From Sedimentisphaerales bacterium (GTDB lineage Bacteria > Planctomycetota > Phycisphaerae > Sedimentisphaerales > SM23-30): a stretch of 64,000 nucleotides of DNA. The stretch covers positions 1 through 64,000 of the forward strand of contig CAXXMR010000025.1 in NCBI GenBank assembly GCA_963663805.2, read 5' to 3'. The translations under genes and the position numbers were made by a program. Positions within the stretch are counted from its first letter, which is position 1. Each line of letters opens with the position of its first letter. The notes under the pieces were generated by a model. The model was given only the letters and a program-made list of their open reading frames with translations. It made no database searches and was not told where the DNA came from. Shown in pieces: positions 52,117 through 63,504 of this stretch.

Positions 52117-54813
52117 TTAATTTGTTCCAAACACGATTGTTGTAATCTCTTTTGGTTTTGCTTTTGTGTCGAGTTTGCCAGCGGTTATTTTCAGATTCAG
52201 TTCTTTTTTGAAATCAAGATCGCATTTAACTGCCGTCTGGAACCTCCTGACGAATTTCGGTTCGAGGAACTCGATCGATACCTGAGATTGCTCATCCGAG
52301 GGATTAAAACATCGCAATTCGCATTTGTCACCTATCATCGAAAAACTACTCATAACTGCGCCGGTCAAATTAATGATTCCCTGGCAGGGGGGCAGGCTGC
52401 CGGTCGGTTTTGCCACGGTAATATCCTGATTTCTCAGTTGGCAGGATTTGATTCCGGTGGCAAGTTTTAGGGCTTCGTTATAGATTTTGAGTCTGTCCGC
52501 TTTTCCTTCGATAGGCATAATATTGTATTTGAATGAAAGTGGCTTTAATAGTTGTCCGCCTGGTTCGCCGTTGGTCATAACCGTTCTGCGTGTCGAACGG
52601 AACAGGGTAAGTTTGATGGGTTTGGCGGGCTCGTCCGTGACCCCGCTTTCGTATTGGCCGGTGCTGACAATTGCCAAGCCTCGTTTATTATCTGAGATTG
52701 CGGTCCAACTGTATTGGGGTTTAGCGTCAGTATCAATTTCCTTTTTCTTATAATTATCAGGGGGCAAACTTACCGGCTGTTCAATCACATCGAACAGGCT
52801 GTCAGCCAGGTAGTTTTCGGTGTTGGCGGCTGTGGGAAATGAAACCCGCAGGCGATGATCGCAGACATTATTGTCAACTAATGTTTCGACTTCGAGTTTG
52901 TCCGCACCTTTACGAAGAGTGAGATAGCTGTTAATGGTAAATTCTACCGTCTTTGAGCTGCGTCGCATTACTGAGAAGTCAAATTTTCCGGGCAATTTAA
53001 GAGTGCTTTGTATTTTTAAGCGGCCCAGTTCCGGGCCATTGGCAATAACCGCTATCTGGCAGGGTGAGTGATAGGAATTATATATTTCATCGTTTACCGC
53101 GATGCCATAATACCAGCCATCGCCGATATCGGCATTATCCTCAAAGATCAGCAGGTCTTCATATATCTGGCCATTTCGCTTATCCAGAAGTTTTACGGTG
53201 CCACTGGCGCCCACGGTGATTTTGAGGTATTCATTCTCCAGGCAATTACCGCTATGGGCAATTTGAGAGCAATTTGAATGCCTTACCGGTTGTTTAGGTT
53301 GGGCTTTTTCGATTATCAGAGTGGTGTAGCCCAAAGCCGGGATGGTTAGTTCCAGGGCTATTTTTACTTCAGTAGTATCATAAAGATCAGGGGTTTTGGT
53401 GCGGAAGGTAACCAGGTTTTTATGATTGAGCTGCTGGGCAATCCTCTGGTATTCAATTATATTTCCTTTATGGTCTTTAATTAAAAAGGTTGGCTTGCTC
53501 TCGAACCCAAAAAACTCGTGGAAGCAAGGCCAATCTACAGGTATTTGCAAATCAAGCTCAACGACTTCGTCCATTCCCTGCGGCAGAGGATTGAAGACTA
53601 CCACTTTCAGTTTATGGTCATCAATTTTGGTTTCGGTTTCCAGGGCAATGCTTTTTAATGCCTCCGTGGTAAGCCGATTGGCGATTTGCGAAGTCTGGCT
53701 GAAACGAAATTCCATGTCCTTGTGGACCTGGTCAATGCTACAACCGCAAATGGAATCATGGGGATGATTTTTTATGAGCCATTTCCAGGCGACATTCAAA
53801 AAGCCGGTGGGGTAGCGTTTATCTGTTAAGAGATTCGCCAGCAACGAAAACGGTTCAGCCCAGTGGCACAAACTGTTTTGGCAAACCGTATTATCCTGCT
53901 TTAGATCGACCCGACTGGAAGCTACCCCGGTAATCAGCCATTCGTTAGTGGTGTAATCCTCGGCAACTTTACGTAATTGACCTTTGACAACATTTTTGAC
54001 GGCGGAAAACTCCGTCAACATAGTATTCGCATATTCATCCAGGCTGGTATGTCGAAGCTCAAAACGTTCATCCTTTTCGAGCAGTTTGAATAATTCCTGG
54101 TAAGCCCGACGGTCCCAGCACTGATGGTCCAGGCCATCAAAAAGCAGGATGGGTAGAATCGCGTTTCTTTCTGATTCCAACTGTAAATACTCTTCCAGCA
54201 ATTTAGCGAAATCCTTCGGAGAGAAATCAAGATACTGGTCCTGAGCAGCCTTTCGGGTAATAATCGCAAAATCACCATAGCCATCATTGCCAAAAACATG
54301 TGAATAAACACGGCTGCCGTCGGCGCCTTCCCAAATAATGTTACGATTTTTGAAATTGAGCCCGCGCCAGATAAAAGCGTTGTTAATGCCAAAGCCCTTT
54401 AATATCTGGGGCATCTGGCTGATATGTCCGAACATATCGCAGAGGAAACCGGTTCGAGACGGTTCGCCGCCCAATTCACGTACTGTGTCAAACCCCATCC
54501 TTAGGTTGCGAATCATGGCTTCGCCGGAAACCAGAAATTCGTCAGGCAGAACATACCAAGGGCCGGCTGCGATTTGGCGATTATTTATACATGCGGACAC
54601 TTCATCCCTTCGGTGCGGATTTACTTCGAGATAATCTTCAATCAGGCAGACCTGGCCATCGTTATAGAATGGCCCTTTAAGCTCACCGGTAGATATGCCG
54701 TCAAGCACATCGTCCATGAGGTCAACAAGGCGATAGCGATAATTCTGGAAAGTCTGATACCATTCCCGATCCCAGTGGGTACTCAAAACATAATATAAAG
54801 GTCTTTTTTTCAT
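52117..54813 (-). CDS. Glycoside hydrolase family 38 alpha-mannosidase
   Basis: STHWDREWY, DGQ, GPWYVLPDEFL, DMFGH nucleophile motif, HDSICGCS; no signal peptide. Confidence 0.93.
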   Translation of the reverse strand: MKKRPLYYVLSTHWDREWYQTFQNYRYRLVDLMDDVLDGISTGELKGPFYNDGQVCLIEDYLEVNPHRRDEVSACINNRQIAAGPWYVLPDEFLVSGEAMIRNLRMGFDTVRELGGEPSRTGFLCDMFGHISQMPQILKGFGINNAFIWRGLNFKNRNIIWEGADGSRVYSHVFGNDGYGDFAIITRKAAQDQYLDFSPKDFAKLLEEYLQLESERNAILPILLFDGLDHQCWDRRAYQELFKLLEKDERFELRHTSLDEYANTMLTEFSAVKNVVKGQLRKVAEDYTTNEWLITGVASSRVDLKQDNTVCQNSLCHWAEPFSLLANLLTDKRYPTGFLNVAWKWLIKNHPHDSICGCSIDQVHKDMEFRFSQTSQIANRLTTEALKSIALETETKIDDHKLKVVVFNPLPQGMDEVVELDLQIPVDWPCFHEFFGFESKPTFLIKDHKGNIIEYQRIAQQLNHKNLVTFRTKTPDLYDTTEVKIALELTIPALGYTTLIIEKAQPKQPVRHSNCSQIAHSGNCLENEYLKITVGASGTVKLLDKRNGQIYEDLLIFEDNADIGDGWYYGIAVNDEIYNSYHSPCQIAVIANGPELGRLKIQSTLKLPGKFDFSVMRRSSKTVEFTINSYLTLRKGADKLEVETLVDNNVCDHRLRVSFPTAANTENYLADSLFDVIEQPVSLPPDNYKKKEIDTDAKPQYSWTAISDNKRGLAIVSTGQYESGVTDEPAKPIKLTLFRSTRRTVMTNGEPGGQLLKPLSFKYNIMPIEGKADRLKIYNEALKLATGIKSCQLRNQDITVAKPTGSLPPCQGIINLTGAVMSSFSMIGDKCELRCFNPSDEQSQVSIEFLEPKFVRRFQTAVKCDLDFKKELNLKITAGKLDTKAKPKEITTIVFGTN

Positions 54814-54835
54814 AGTCTTTCAGTTTAGTCAAAGG

Positions 54836-56785
54836 TTAATAATTATCTTTAGGCAGATTTCTATACCAGACAAGGTAGAGGCCCATCAGGGCGATACAGA
54901 AGATTACGAAGGTTATCCCGCAGGCCTGCCATGATTTTATAAGTATCAGCATGGGCAGCAGGAACAGTGACACCTGCCAGGTCAGGGCAAAAGGCAGGGC
55001 CAGAAGGTCACAACGGTGTTCTTTACGCATTTCCTGTCGTTTTTTTGAATCAAGCAGCTCAGGCAGTTTGCCCCAAAAACCGAACGGTCGTGTAATTTTA
55101 TAGAAATTTTCTATTACTTCCGGTTTAGTCGGTTTAGTTAGAAAAGTGCCCAAAATCGCACCGACCAGACCGATTGCAGCCATCACCACAAACTGTACAC
55201 GTTCATCCATTTCCGGCCAGAATAGACGCTGTACCACCGCGGCGACCAGGCCACACAAAGTGCCAATCGCAAAACCTCCACCATTGAAACGCCACCAGTA
55301 AAGACGAAGAATACCTGGAATCATCAAGCCGGTGCCAAAGCCCATGACAATCCAGCCCCAAATATCATTAATATTTTTGATGGTATGAGCAAAAAGAAAA
55401 CTTACCGCCACCACAAACAAGATAAATAACCAACTGGCGGTGATAAGCTCACGATTTTGGGCCCGGGGTCGAAAATACCTCTGGTAAAGATCTCTGGTGA
55501 AAAAACCGGTGGTCATATTAACGGTAGTATCAAAAGTTGACATGCTCGCGGCGATGAGGGCCACCAGAATCATGCCGCGCATTCCCATGGGAATTTCACT
55601 GAGTACAACCGCGGGCAAAATTCTTTCGGGATTGATGGTTCCATGGAAACCGATAAGATAAAGTTTGTTCACCCAGTCCTCGCCGAGCATTTGTTTGATA
55701 GATTCGACCATTTCGGCAGAGTACATTTCCGGCGTATGCACAATGTTGCTGACTACTGTGGCCCAGTCATTTTCCGTTACGTTAGTGACGTTGGCTTTTA
55801 TTAGGTCGGCACATTGCAGGAGAACCGCGTGGTCGGGAAACATTCCCTTGACCATAAACAGTCCTAAAACCGCAAAAGCCATCATCATCGGCCAGCGGAA
55901 CATTATACAAAAAATTGTCATAAATGTCAACGTGCCGCATTCCCGGTCATTCTTAGCGCCGAAATATTTGGGCTCTCCTCCGGTGCCCAGCCCGCCAAAG
56001 ACATTACGCATCAGATAAAACAAGGCGAACATGAAAAGGTGGCGATACTGCTCATACCCGGCAGGCATTTCGGTTTCCAAGTGTGGTGATGAGGTTATCC
56101 ACTGGCTGTTGCCGGTGACTTCCTGGGCCAGTACGGCCAGTGACTCGCCATCGGTAACCTTGTTCCAGGCCATAAATGAGATACATATAACCGCGATGAT
56201 AACGATTCCGGACTGGAATATGTCAGTGAATACGACTCCGTAAAAACCAGAAGCCATGGTATATATCGCCGCAACTCCCAACAGGATAATCGCACAAAGC
56301 AAAGGTGAAAACGGCAGATACATCGACATAAACAAGCCAACGCCTTTAATCATATAGGCTAGCATTCCGATGGTACCGATCACGGCGGCAAGGGCGGAGA
56401 CTATTCTGGCGAAATGTCCTCCGAAGTCTTCGCCGAAACGAAACTTCATCCATTCGGCACCAGTGATGCACTGACTGCGACGATGCCATTTACCGGTCCA
56501 GAGCATTGCCAGAGCCGCCACTAGAACCGCTCCGCCGCGAAACTCGATAAACAGTCCGCGTGGTCCCAGCATAAAAAGGAACGAAGTGATAATCATCGTG
56601 CCGGTAACATCCAGCCACGAAGCCATCCCCGAAATCCCCAAGGCCCACCAGGGCAGAGAGCGACCACCCAGAAAATAATCTTCCAGACTCGCCGAAGCCT
56701 TTTTTTGTAAATAAATCCCCAAACCAATCAAAATGGAAAAATAGACAAAAATAATTGTGTAATCAACGCTGTTAAGATAACCCAT
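54836..56785 (-). CDS. Sodium:solute symporter family transporter
   Basis: DYFLGGRSLPWW, multiple TM segments, AASMST, LRLYWWRFN. Confidence 0.92.
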   Translation of the reverse strand: MGYLNSVDYTIIFVYFSILIGLGIYLQKKASASLEDYFLGGRSLPWWALGISGMASWLDVTGTMIITSFLFMLGPRGLFIEFRGGAVLVAALAMLWTGKWHRRSQCITGAEWMKFRFGEDFGGHFARIVSALAAVIGTIGMLAYMIKGVGLFMSMYLPFSPLLCAIILLGVAAIYTMASGFYGVVFTDIFQSGIVIIAVICISFMAWNKVTDGESLAVLAQEVTGNSQWITSSPHLETEMPAGYEQYRHLFMFALFYLMRNVFGGLGTGGEPKYFGAKNDRECGTLTFMTIFCIMFRWPMMMAFAVLGLFMVKGMFPDHAVLLQCADLIKANVTNVTENDWATVVSNIVHTPEMYSAEMVESIKQMLGEDWVNKLYLIGFHGTINPERILPAVVLSEIPMGMRGMILVALIAASMSTFDTTVNMTTGFFTRDLYQRYFRPRAQNRELITASWLFILFVVAVSFLFAHTIKNINDIWGWIVMGFGTGLMIPGILRLYWWRFNGGGFAIGTLCGLVAAVVQRLFWPEMDERVQFVVMAAIGLVGAILGTFLTKPTKPEVIENFYKITRPFGFWGKLPELLDSKKRQEMRKEHRCDLLALPFALTWQVSLFLLPMLILIKSWQACGITFVIFCIALMGLYLVWYRNLPKDNY

Positions 56786-57042
56786 TATGGCTCCTGATAA
56801 AATCTATATTCTTGCGCATTGTACCAATACTCGTTTCACGCAGGAACACGCACGATACCTTCTGTTTGCCTAAATGTCAATCAGTTTATAGTGTCGGGTA
56901 TGCGAAAAAGTAAGTCCCACGACTTGTAAGGTGTTTGTCCTGGTGAGTGGATTGTGATCGCAGGGAATAAGTGTTGCTTAGGGTGGGATTCGGACTGAGG
57001 ACGATTTTTGAATCTGCCGATATTGCAACCTCCCCGGCCCGG

Positions 57043-59430
57043 TTATTTTTTGGCAACTTTAATACTGCGTACAAACAGCCCGTTGTCACTGATATTTTCA
57101 AAACGAAAATCGGTCTGTTCATTTTGACGGGCTTCGAAACAGGCATCATCTATCTCAAAGATATGTTTCTGCCATTTACCACTGCCCGCCATTTTGACAA
57201 CATCCAAATGCTGCTTGTAGGCTCCATTCACCGGCTGAGATTTATCACTTGAATTATACTGTAAAGTAAAACCGCCTCCGGCATTATCGAGATATTCGAT
57301 TTCAATCTCAAGCGAATTTTTTGATGAATTGCGGAATCCGGCATCGACGGCACAATACATAAATTTAGAATCGGATTTTCCGGAAATTACCCAGCAATCC
57401 GTACCGGTGTGTTTGGTGGTTTCAAATACTCCGTCCGCAACAATAGTCGGTACCAGACCGGAGCTTTGGCTCGGACTACCCTGGACAGAATCTGAATCAC
57501 TATAAGGTGTCACCACTGGTGTGGTAATTTTTGTTTTCAGCAAATCGAAATAATTGGCAAGGTCGATAATTTTCACTTTGGCTGCAGGATATTTGCGTTG
57601 GGCATCCTTTATCGCGTCATATATCATCGAGGGGGTAATCAGAATACAGCGGAAGGCATTCAAATTTGCCGAATACTGAGAATTTTCCGCGGATTCCTTA
57701 TAAAGTTGCATAACTCGCTTTTTCATTTCGCGGGTCTGAGCGATGTGATACATCTGTACGAAACTTACGGGAGTACCGTCTACCAGTTTCGCTTCCAGCG
57801 GGCAATTAAAACCAAACCCCCGCGGAGTAATCCAGGCCGCCATTTCCGACCATTTTTTGCTGAAGGTGTCATCAATATAATAGGCGTTTATCACAATGCC
57901 GTACCGGTCGTTGAGTTCATGAGCAAAACGTTCGTAGTATTTGGCCCCGGATTCCTTGATTCGGCCATTACGATTGAAAAGGCTGTCTGGCTGAATATAA
58001 GCGGCCCCATCTCCTGAGAAGCCGAAGAAATCATTTGGTGTGCGGTTGTCGTACATATATTTAATCGCATGAGGGATACGATAATTGAGTGCGGGGTTAA
58101 TTACCCAGTTGAGGGGCACTTTGCCGCGAGCCCGGTCATCATATACCGAAGTGACCATCTGATTGGTCCATGCGCTTCCGTCATAATCCATCATCAAAAA
58201 AGCGATGTAAGTGGTATCGCTTTCATATTCGATCGGGTCAGGCTCGCGGAATTTTGCCTCCTGACGGCTCACTGGCGGCAAATGCTGAAAGAATGAAGAG
58301 TTGGCAATTCCAAAAGCCGCGTCACCGTCATTGGCCATGTTATATGAAGTCAACAATGACACAAACTCCCACTCGGTTTCCACATCCGCGTGTTTTTCTC
58401 CTTTATGCGAAGTGTACTTGATCCACCAAGGCACGAATCCACCCACTACGCCGAATTCACCCTGGCGATGCTCATATGAGACTTCCAGAATGTCGTGCCA
58501 GCTTTTGTTGTCTGCCCCCAGAGGTTGCGAAGGGTCATCAAAAGGCTTGCAATCGGCCCAGGGGCTCAGGTCGAAAAAGAACGCTTTTTGAGCCACCCAG
58601 TAATCACCGTTATACATACCGTTCTGCTGAAGTTCATTGCGGTCGCCGAGGAAACCATAATCTTCCTGGGCATAATGACTGCGAAACTTGCCCCACATTG
58701 ACGCATCGCAGTTGAACCACATTTTATAAGAGTTAGCCAGGCCGGGCCGGAGATATTTTTCGATTGCGTATTTGTACGCATCATTTTTGGCGCTGCCGGT
58801 AGTCGGGTAGCTCTGGCTGTCAACCACTACATCCTTTTTGCCGTCAAACATACCGCAGAAATTCAGTTTGACCTCAAGCCACGGGGCCGCCTGGCGAACC
58901 TTCTTATAAAACTTTCCGCCCTCCAGGTCGCTGCTAATCGGCAGCAGATTTTCACAACCAGCCGCCATCATCGCCACATTACTACCAGCGGGAAGCTTCA
59001 TATCCCACAGTGCCAGACCGGCCACATCTCCACGGTATTCATTAATCAACGCCTCAAGGGTTAATAAGGGTTTGATTTTTCGGCCTTTGAAATAACCTTG
59101 CTTTTTGAAGTATGTAAACCAGTAACGGTCCAGTTCGGTTACCGGCTTGCCTTGATAATCATCCTCGAAATAATGTTTGGTTTCCACGTCAAACAAAGCC
59201 AAAGCGGCATATAGATATAACCGCGGCTCATCACGATTAACAATTCCCTGCAAGGCTGTAATGAAATAAATTGCGTCAGCCCGTTCTTCAATCGTATCGA
59301 TGCCTGCCTGGTCGAAATATCTCCAGACATCAAAAACCGCAATGTCACCTGGGACGGTATAAGAAACATCAGCGGCCAACAGAGGCATAGCAAATAGCCA
59401 ACAAACCATAATCCAAATCGATAGCTTCAT
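57043..59430 (-). CDS. Secreted GxGYxYP-like putative glycoside hydrolase with C-terminal CBM-like domain
   Basis: Signal peptide; LQGIVNRDEPRLY, TGSAKNDAY, MDYDG, RGKVPLNW, GAAYIQP. Confidence 0.7.
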   Translation of the reverse strand: MKLSIWIMVCWLFAMPLLAADVSYTVPGDIAVFDVWRYFDQAGIDTIEERADAIYFITALQGIVNRDEPRLYLYAALALFDVETKHYFEDDYQGKPVTELDRYWFTYFKKQGYFKGRKIKPLLTLEALINEYRGDVAGLALWDMKLPAGSNVAMMAAGCENLLPISSDLEGGKFYKKVRQAAPWLEVKLNFCGMFDGKKDVVVDSQSYPTTGSAKNDAYKYAIEKYLRPGLANSYKMWFNCDASMWGKFRSHYAQEDYGFLGDRNELQQNGMYNGDYWVAQKAFFFDLSPWADCKPFDDPSQPLGADNKSWHDILEVSYEHRQGEFGVVGGFVPWWIKYTSHKGEKHADVETEWEFVSLLTSYNMANDGDAAFGIANSSFFQHLPPVSRQEAKFREPDPIEYESDTTYIAFLMMDYDGSAWTNQMVTSVYDDRARGKVPLNWVINPALNYRIPHAIKYMYDNRTPNDFFGFSGDGAAYIQPDSLFNRNGRIKESGAKYYERFAHELNDRYGIVINAYYIDDTFSKKWSEMAAWITPRGFGFNCPLEAKLVDGTPVSFVQMYHIAQTREMKKRVMQLYKESAENSQYSANLNAFRCILITPSMIYDAIKDAQRKYPAAKVKIIDLANYFDLLKTKITTPVVTPYSDSDSVQGSPSQSSGLVPTIVADGVFETTKHTGTDCWVISGKSDSKFMYCAVDAGFRNSSKNSLEIEIEYLDNAGGGFTLQYNSSDKSQPVNGAYKQHLDVVKMAGSGKWQKHIFEIDDACFEARQNEQTDFRFENISDNGLFVRSIKVAKK

Positions 59431-59547
59431 GTCATAATCCTTTCACGCTAACGTTTAGGCTTGTTCCGGCAGAAAAGCCGGCAAACAGACTTTCTACCCA
59501 ACCGGCCTTTGAAACTCAAAATTAAACGATTATCCCCCGATAATTAC

Positions 59548-60390
59548 TCACCAGAAACAAGTGTCTCGACTGCTGTTGAAACTCTGTGAAAGTGAAGGGT
59601 CGAGCGATTCCATTAACTCCGGATCAAACTCATTGGCGGCCTTCCATTCCACATGGCCATCTCCGAACATGCGATTCGTGCCGGTAATATCAGGCGTACC
59701 GGATTTTACCGTATTGCCCCAGCGCTGGTCATGTACTGACGGGCCGTTCTTGCCATGATTATACCACCATGAACCATTATTGTCGTGCCAACGATACAAA
59801 GTGTCCGACATCAACAGGCGGTCCCCTCTGAGCATTTCTCCGGTAAGTTCTTCGCGGGCATTAACATAAAAATTTTTATCCCAGGTATCAACACGTCCAT
59901 AATATGAATAGGTCATCGGATACCACCAAAGTGGTATTGCTGTGGGGTCTGTGTCCAGGGTAATATTTGGATACTGCGTAAACAAGCCTTCGCCGTTGAT
60001 GCGGCTGGCTGGACAATGCCATGCGGGGTCAATATCATGATTGTCAAAATCAAAGCCGGGCATATATTCAACCATGGTGTGGATATTGAACTGGTCACTG
60101 TAATCTTCGAAATTGTTTACTTTGGCATAACTGGCAATATAAATCAGGCTGGGTAAAGCTCCTCCAAATTTGCCACCCAATCTTACCGAGGCGGGTATTT
60201 TGCCATTGTTATCATTGGAATAGGCATTGATTGCGATACCCCATTGGCGAAAATTAGAGGCACAAACGACCTCGCGGGCTTTCTCGCGGGCTTTGCCTAA
60301 TGCCGGCAAAAGTATACTTACCAGCAGTGCGATAATCGCGACAACTACCAATAGCTCAACCAGCGTAAAGGCGGTCTTTTTTTTAATCAT
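59548..60390 (-). CDS. Prepilin-type N-terminal cleavage/methylation protein (DUF1559-like)
   Basis: KKTAFTLVELLVVVAIIALLVSILLPALGKAR; WHCP; GTNRMFGDGHVEW. Confidence 0.9.
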   Translation of the reverse strand: MIKKKTAFTLVELLVVVAIIALLVSILLPALGKAREKAREVVCASNFRQWGIAINAYSNDNNGKIPASVRLGGKFGGALPSLIYIASYAKVNNFEDYSDQFNIHTMVEYMPGFDFDNHDIDPAWHCPASRINGEGLFTQYPNITLDTDPTAIPLWWYPMTYSYYGRVDTWDKNFYVNAREELTGEMLRGDRLLMSDTLYRWHDNNGSWWYNHGKNGPSVHDQRWGNTVKSGTPDITGTNRMFGDGHVEWKAANEFDPELMESLDPSLSQSFNSSRDTCFW

Positions 60391-60412
60391 CCTTCTGTCT
60401 CCAAACTTAAGA

Positions 60413-63400
60413 TTACCAACAGTCTTCATTTTGCGGGTCATTGCATTCCAGCCATTGTTCGGCCATGACCGAAAAATCTAATAAACCATATTCACTACCG
60501 GAAGCATTTAGCCAATCAGCCGCCATTGCCTGTAAATCGTAAATGTCAACAATGCAATCAGGCAAGCCGTTCGCACCGGAAATATCACCTGTCAGATAGC
60601 CCAGATCGCCGCACTGGCCGTCATCGGGATGCCAGTAAAGCAAACCGTGGGTCTGTTCGAGGACATCCGGCACTCCATCCGAATCGGTATCGACCGAATA
60701 AATGTCATCCCGAACCTTGACGCTCTTTTTCCACTCCAGATTTCCGCAGTTTCTAAACCACTGTTTACCATTGATTTCCACGGCATCTACAAGATAACTG
60801 CCCACGGTCTTAACGCTCAGGGCATTAGTCACGCGAAATCCTATATTGATATATTTCGTTTGCGGAGCATGAATTGAATAATTATATTCAAAAGTTTCGT
60901 AATTGGCGGTACCGGGATTAAAAACCGCTGCTTCATACTCAAAGATATAATTGCCCGCGGAATCAAACTCTGAAATTGTCAGGTGAATTCTGGTGTAGGC
61001 CCCACTGATTTTTTTACTGGCGAATCTGATATTATACTCATTGCCATACTCAACCGATATTCGATGACTGTCCCGGTCAATCGCGTGGTCACTCTGACTG
61101 CCTCCAGCATCCGTAACCGTCATTCGGGCGGCCTTAGTACCATCATAGGTGTCGATTACTATCGCGTACTGGGCTGTCGCGCCATTAACCGCGAAATAAC
61201 GCCAGTCGGTGAAATCCTGCTCAAAACTGCCGTTGGTAAGAAGATTATTTCCTCCCCCTTCTTTCAGCACGTCAAAATATAAATCATAGTCACCCGCAAC
61301 TGCCGGCATCTGAACCGGCATCTGAAAATCATGTGTCTGATTATTGGATATCGTCACCCCTGCCGGAAGGCTGCCTTCAGCCAGTTCGCGATAATCACCC
61401 TCCGTTACAGTCTGTCCCCGCGGTACAATCGCATAACATAACTTATATCCGTCCGCCCGACTCCAGGTGTCCCAAGCGTCGTTCCTGACCGAGACCGTCA
61501 CATTAACCAGGTCGCCCGTCTGATTGATTCGGGCCACATCATCACCCAGCCACGCCGCCCGAAAAACGTTAGCGCCGCCCAGATAATAACGCAGGAGATA
61601 ATAAAACTCCTGGGCATCCAGGAACTTATAATCATTGCCCAAGGCCGCACATTCGTTTTCTAAATCTTTGAGCTTTTGCGGATGCAGCAGAATACTGCGA
61701 TACCAGCTGAAATTAACCCCTGTGCCGGAACTCAAACCCAAAGCGTCGGCAGAAATATTATCATCATACAAATCCGGGCTATGGCGTCTTATTACCGGCA
61801 CATTGTCGCGTAAAACCGCACCACTGATGCCGTCATTAAAACCGATGCCGTCACCACTGTAATCCGTGTAAATATCGGCGTCACCGATACTGAGTTGTCC
61901 GCTGCCAGCATTCAGAATCCAGCCGGTTATCGAATAATCGAACATGCGGTAGTATTTCTCGCAATGCTTCTGCCAAATATCCACGCCGCTGCTATATCCC
62001 GACGGCTCCCTGTCACCATAAAGCTGCGTGGGCTGAACATATCCAGCCCCGGAGTCCCCGGCCAGAAATACATCATTGTTGTTTTGGTTGCGACGCATAT
62101 AATCCAACGCCACCGAAACCCGGTCAACCGCGTTTGGCATCAATGCCCAGTTACAGGGAATGTCGCCGCGGGCGGGGTCGTCAAATCTATCGCCGCCCAG
62201 CCAATACAGCATCCAGGAGGCCTGGTCATAGTCGCCCAGATATATCATAATATAATTATTGGGAACAACGTTGCCGCTGCCGTCGATATACCCCCTGGAA
62301 ACCATGTCTTCATAGCTTGGGGGGCAATTATTGGTATAACGCCGCTCTTCGATTTTCGGCAATAACCCGCTGTAAAATGACGCGTTACTGACATAGCTCA
62401 AATCCAGCGCGTCCCCCTCCATATACGCGTTATAAGCGGTAATCAGCCGGACAGTTTGCCATTCCGTATCAACCGGACTGTTACTGCCGCCTGCCTCAGT
62501 GGTATATTTGTAAGCCCAGTTGGTGAACCCGCAAAACTTTATCATCTCACCGAAATCATTCTGAATATTACAGCCATCCAAAAGAGAACAGAAAGTATTA
62601 TAATCAGTTCCTTCCGGTTGGCCGGGATCGTCATTGGGTTTTTCCCTGGACCAGGGAGAAAGCTCGAAACAAACAGCCTTTTTACTCACCGCGTAATCCA
62701 GATTCTGCAACTGCCAATGGTCCATACGAATACCACTGTTAAGACCGTAAAGGTCCAGTGTGTACATAACCTTGGTGGTATCTGCCAGACCGGTCTCGAT
62801 GAATTTATTTTTCATCCACAGATAAGCATCACATTTGGCACTGCCTGTACTGGCTATCGAAGTCTGCCAAATTGTGCCGCTGCCGGTAAATTTCCCGCTT
62901 GTATCCAATAGAATCGGATACTGCGGCCCACTCGTCGAAACGGCCAGTAACTGATAAATCCCGCTGGAAGGGTCGTTGCGAATTGCCAAACCATTCATAC
63001 AAGCTGCCGCTGTTGTCGCTGCCAGAGATGTGGAAATCACACCACTGGACGGGTCGGCATCATATAAAACCAGACCGTCGGCGTATTGGCCAAAGGTGTT
63101 AAATAAATCCGTTACCCCGGTAATCTGCTCTTTCGACCATCCTTGACATAGACCACCGGCTTCGGTCAAGCGGTCCAGCCAAATCAAATCGGCATCGGTA
63201 TATATCAAAAATAACCGGGACGCCTCGCGATTTGCCAGACCTTGCAAACAAGCCGCTACATGACGCAAATCATATGCCTGGGCCCGATTTGGCCAGGTCT
63301 CCGTGAAACGAAGGTCCCAATGATAAATCGTCGGTAGGAGTTTTTGCTGAGCACTAACAAACTGACTTAACATCATCAGTAGTAAAACACTCACTCCAAA

Positions 63401-63421
63401 TTGTCTGAAAAATATTTTCAT
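60413..63421 (-). CDS. Secreted GxGYxYP-like protein with Ig-like, CBM4/9-like and dockerin-like modules
   Basis: Signal peptide from MKIFFRQF; LQGLANRE, TGSAKCDAY, GDYD, RGDIPCNW, GAGYVQP; NLLTNGSFE CBM; DCIVDIYDL..W / DFSVMAEQWL tail. Confidence 0.75.
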   Translation of the reverse strand: MKIFFRQFGVSVLLLMMLSQFVSAQQKLLPTIYHWDLRFTETWPNRAQAYDLRHVAACLQGLANREASRLFLIYTDADLIWLDRLTEAGGLCQGWSKEQITGVTDLFNTFGQYADGLVLYDADPSSGVISTSLAATTAAACMNGLAIRNDPSSGIYQLLAVSTSGPQYPILLDTSGKFTGSGTIWQTSIASTGSAKCDAYLWMKNKFIETGLADTTKVMYTLDLYGLNSGIRMDHWQLQNLDYAVSKKAVCFELSPWSREKPNDDPGQPEGTDYNTFCSLLDGCNIQNDFGEMIKFCGFTNWAYKYTTEAGGSNSPVDTEWQTVRLITAYNAYMEGDALDLSYVSNASFYSGLLPKIEERRYTNNCPPSYEDMVSRGYIDGSGNVVPNNYIMIYLGDYDQASWMLYWLGGDRFDDPARGDIPCNWALMPNAVDRVSVALDYMRRNQNNNDVFLAGDSGAGYVQPTQLYGDREPSGYSSGVDIWQKHCEKYYRMFDYSITGWILNAGSGQLSIGDADIYTDYSGDGIGFNDGISGAVLRDNVPVIRRHSPDLYDDNISADALGLSSGTGVNFSWYRSILLHPQKLKDLENECAALGNDYKFLDAQEFYYLLRYYLGGANVFRAAWLGDDVARINQTGDLVNVTVSVRNDAWDTWSRADGYKLCYAIVPRGQTVTEGDYRELAEGSLPAGVTISNNQTHDFQMPVQMPAVAGDYDLYFDVLKEGGGNNLLTNGSFEQDFTDWRYFAVNGATAQYAIVIDTYDGTKAARMTVTDAGGSQSDHAIDRDSHRISVEYGNEYNIRFASKKISGAYTRIHLTISEFDSAGNYIFEYEAAVFNPGTANYETFEYNYSIHAPQTKYINIGFRVTNALSVKTVGSYLVDAVEINGKQWFRNCGNLEWKKSVKVRDDIYSVDTDSDGVPDVLEQTHGLLYWHPDDGQCGDLGYLTGDISGANGLPDCIVDIYDLQAMAADWLNASGSEYGLLDFSVMAEQWLECNDPQNEDCW

Positions 63422-63504
63422 ATCTGCCTGAGTCAAACCTGTGATTAAAATTGCCGGCGAGGACAGCAAGTCCCGCCCTCGCCGGGCACATATTTACAAC
63501 TTAA

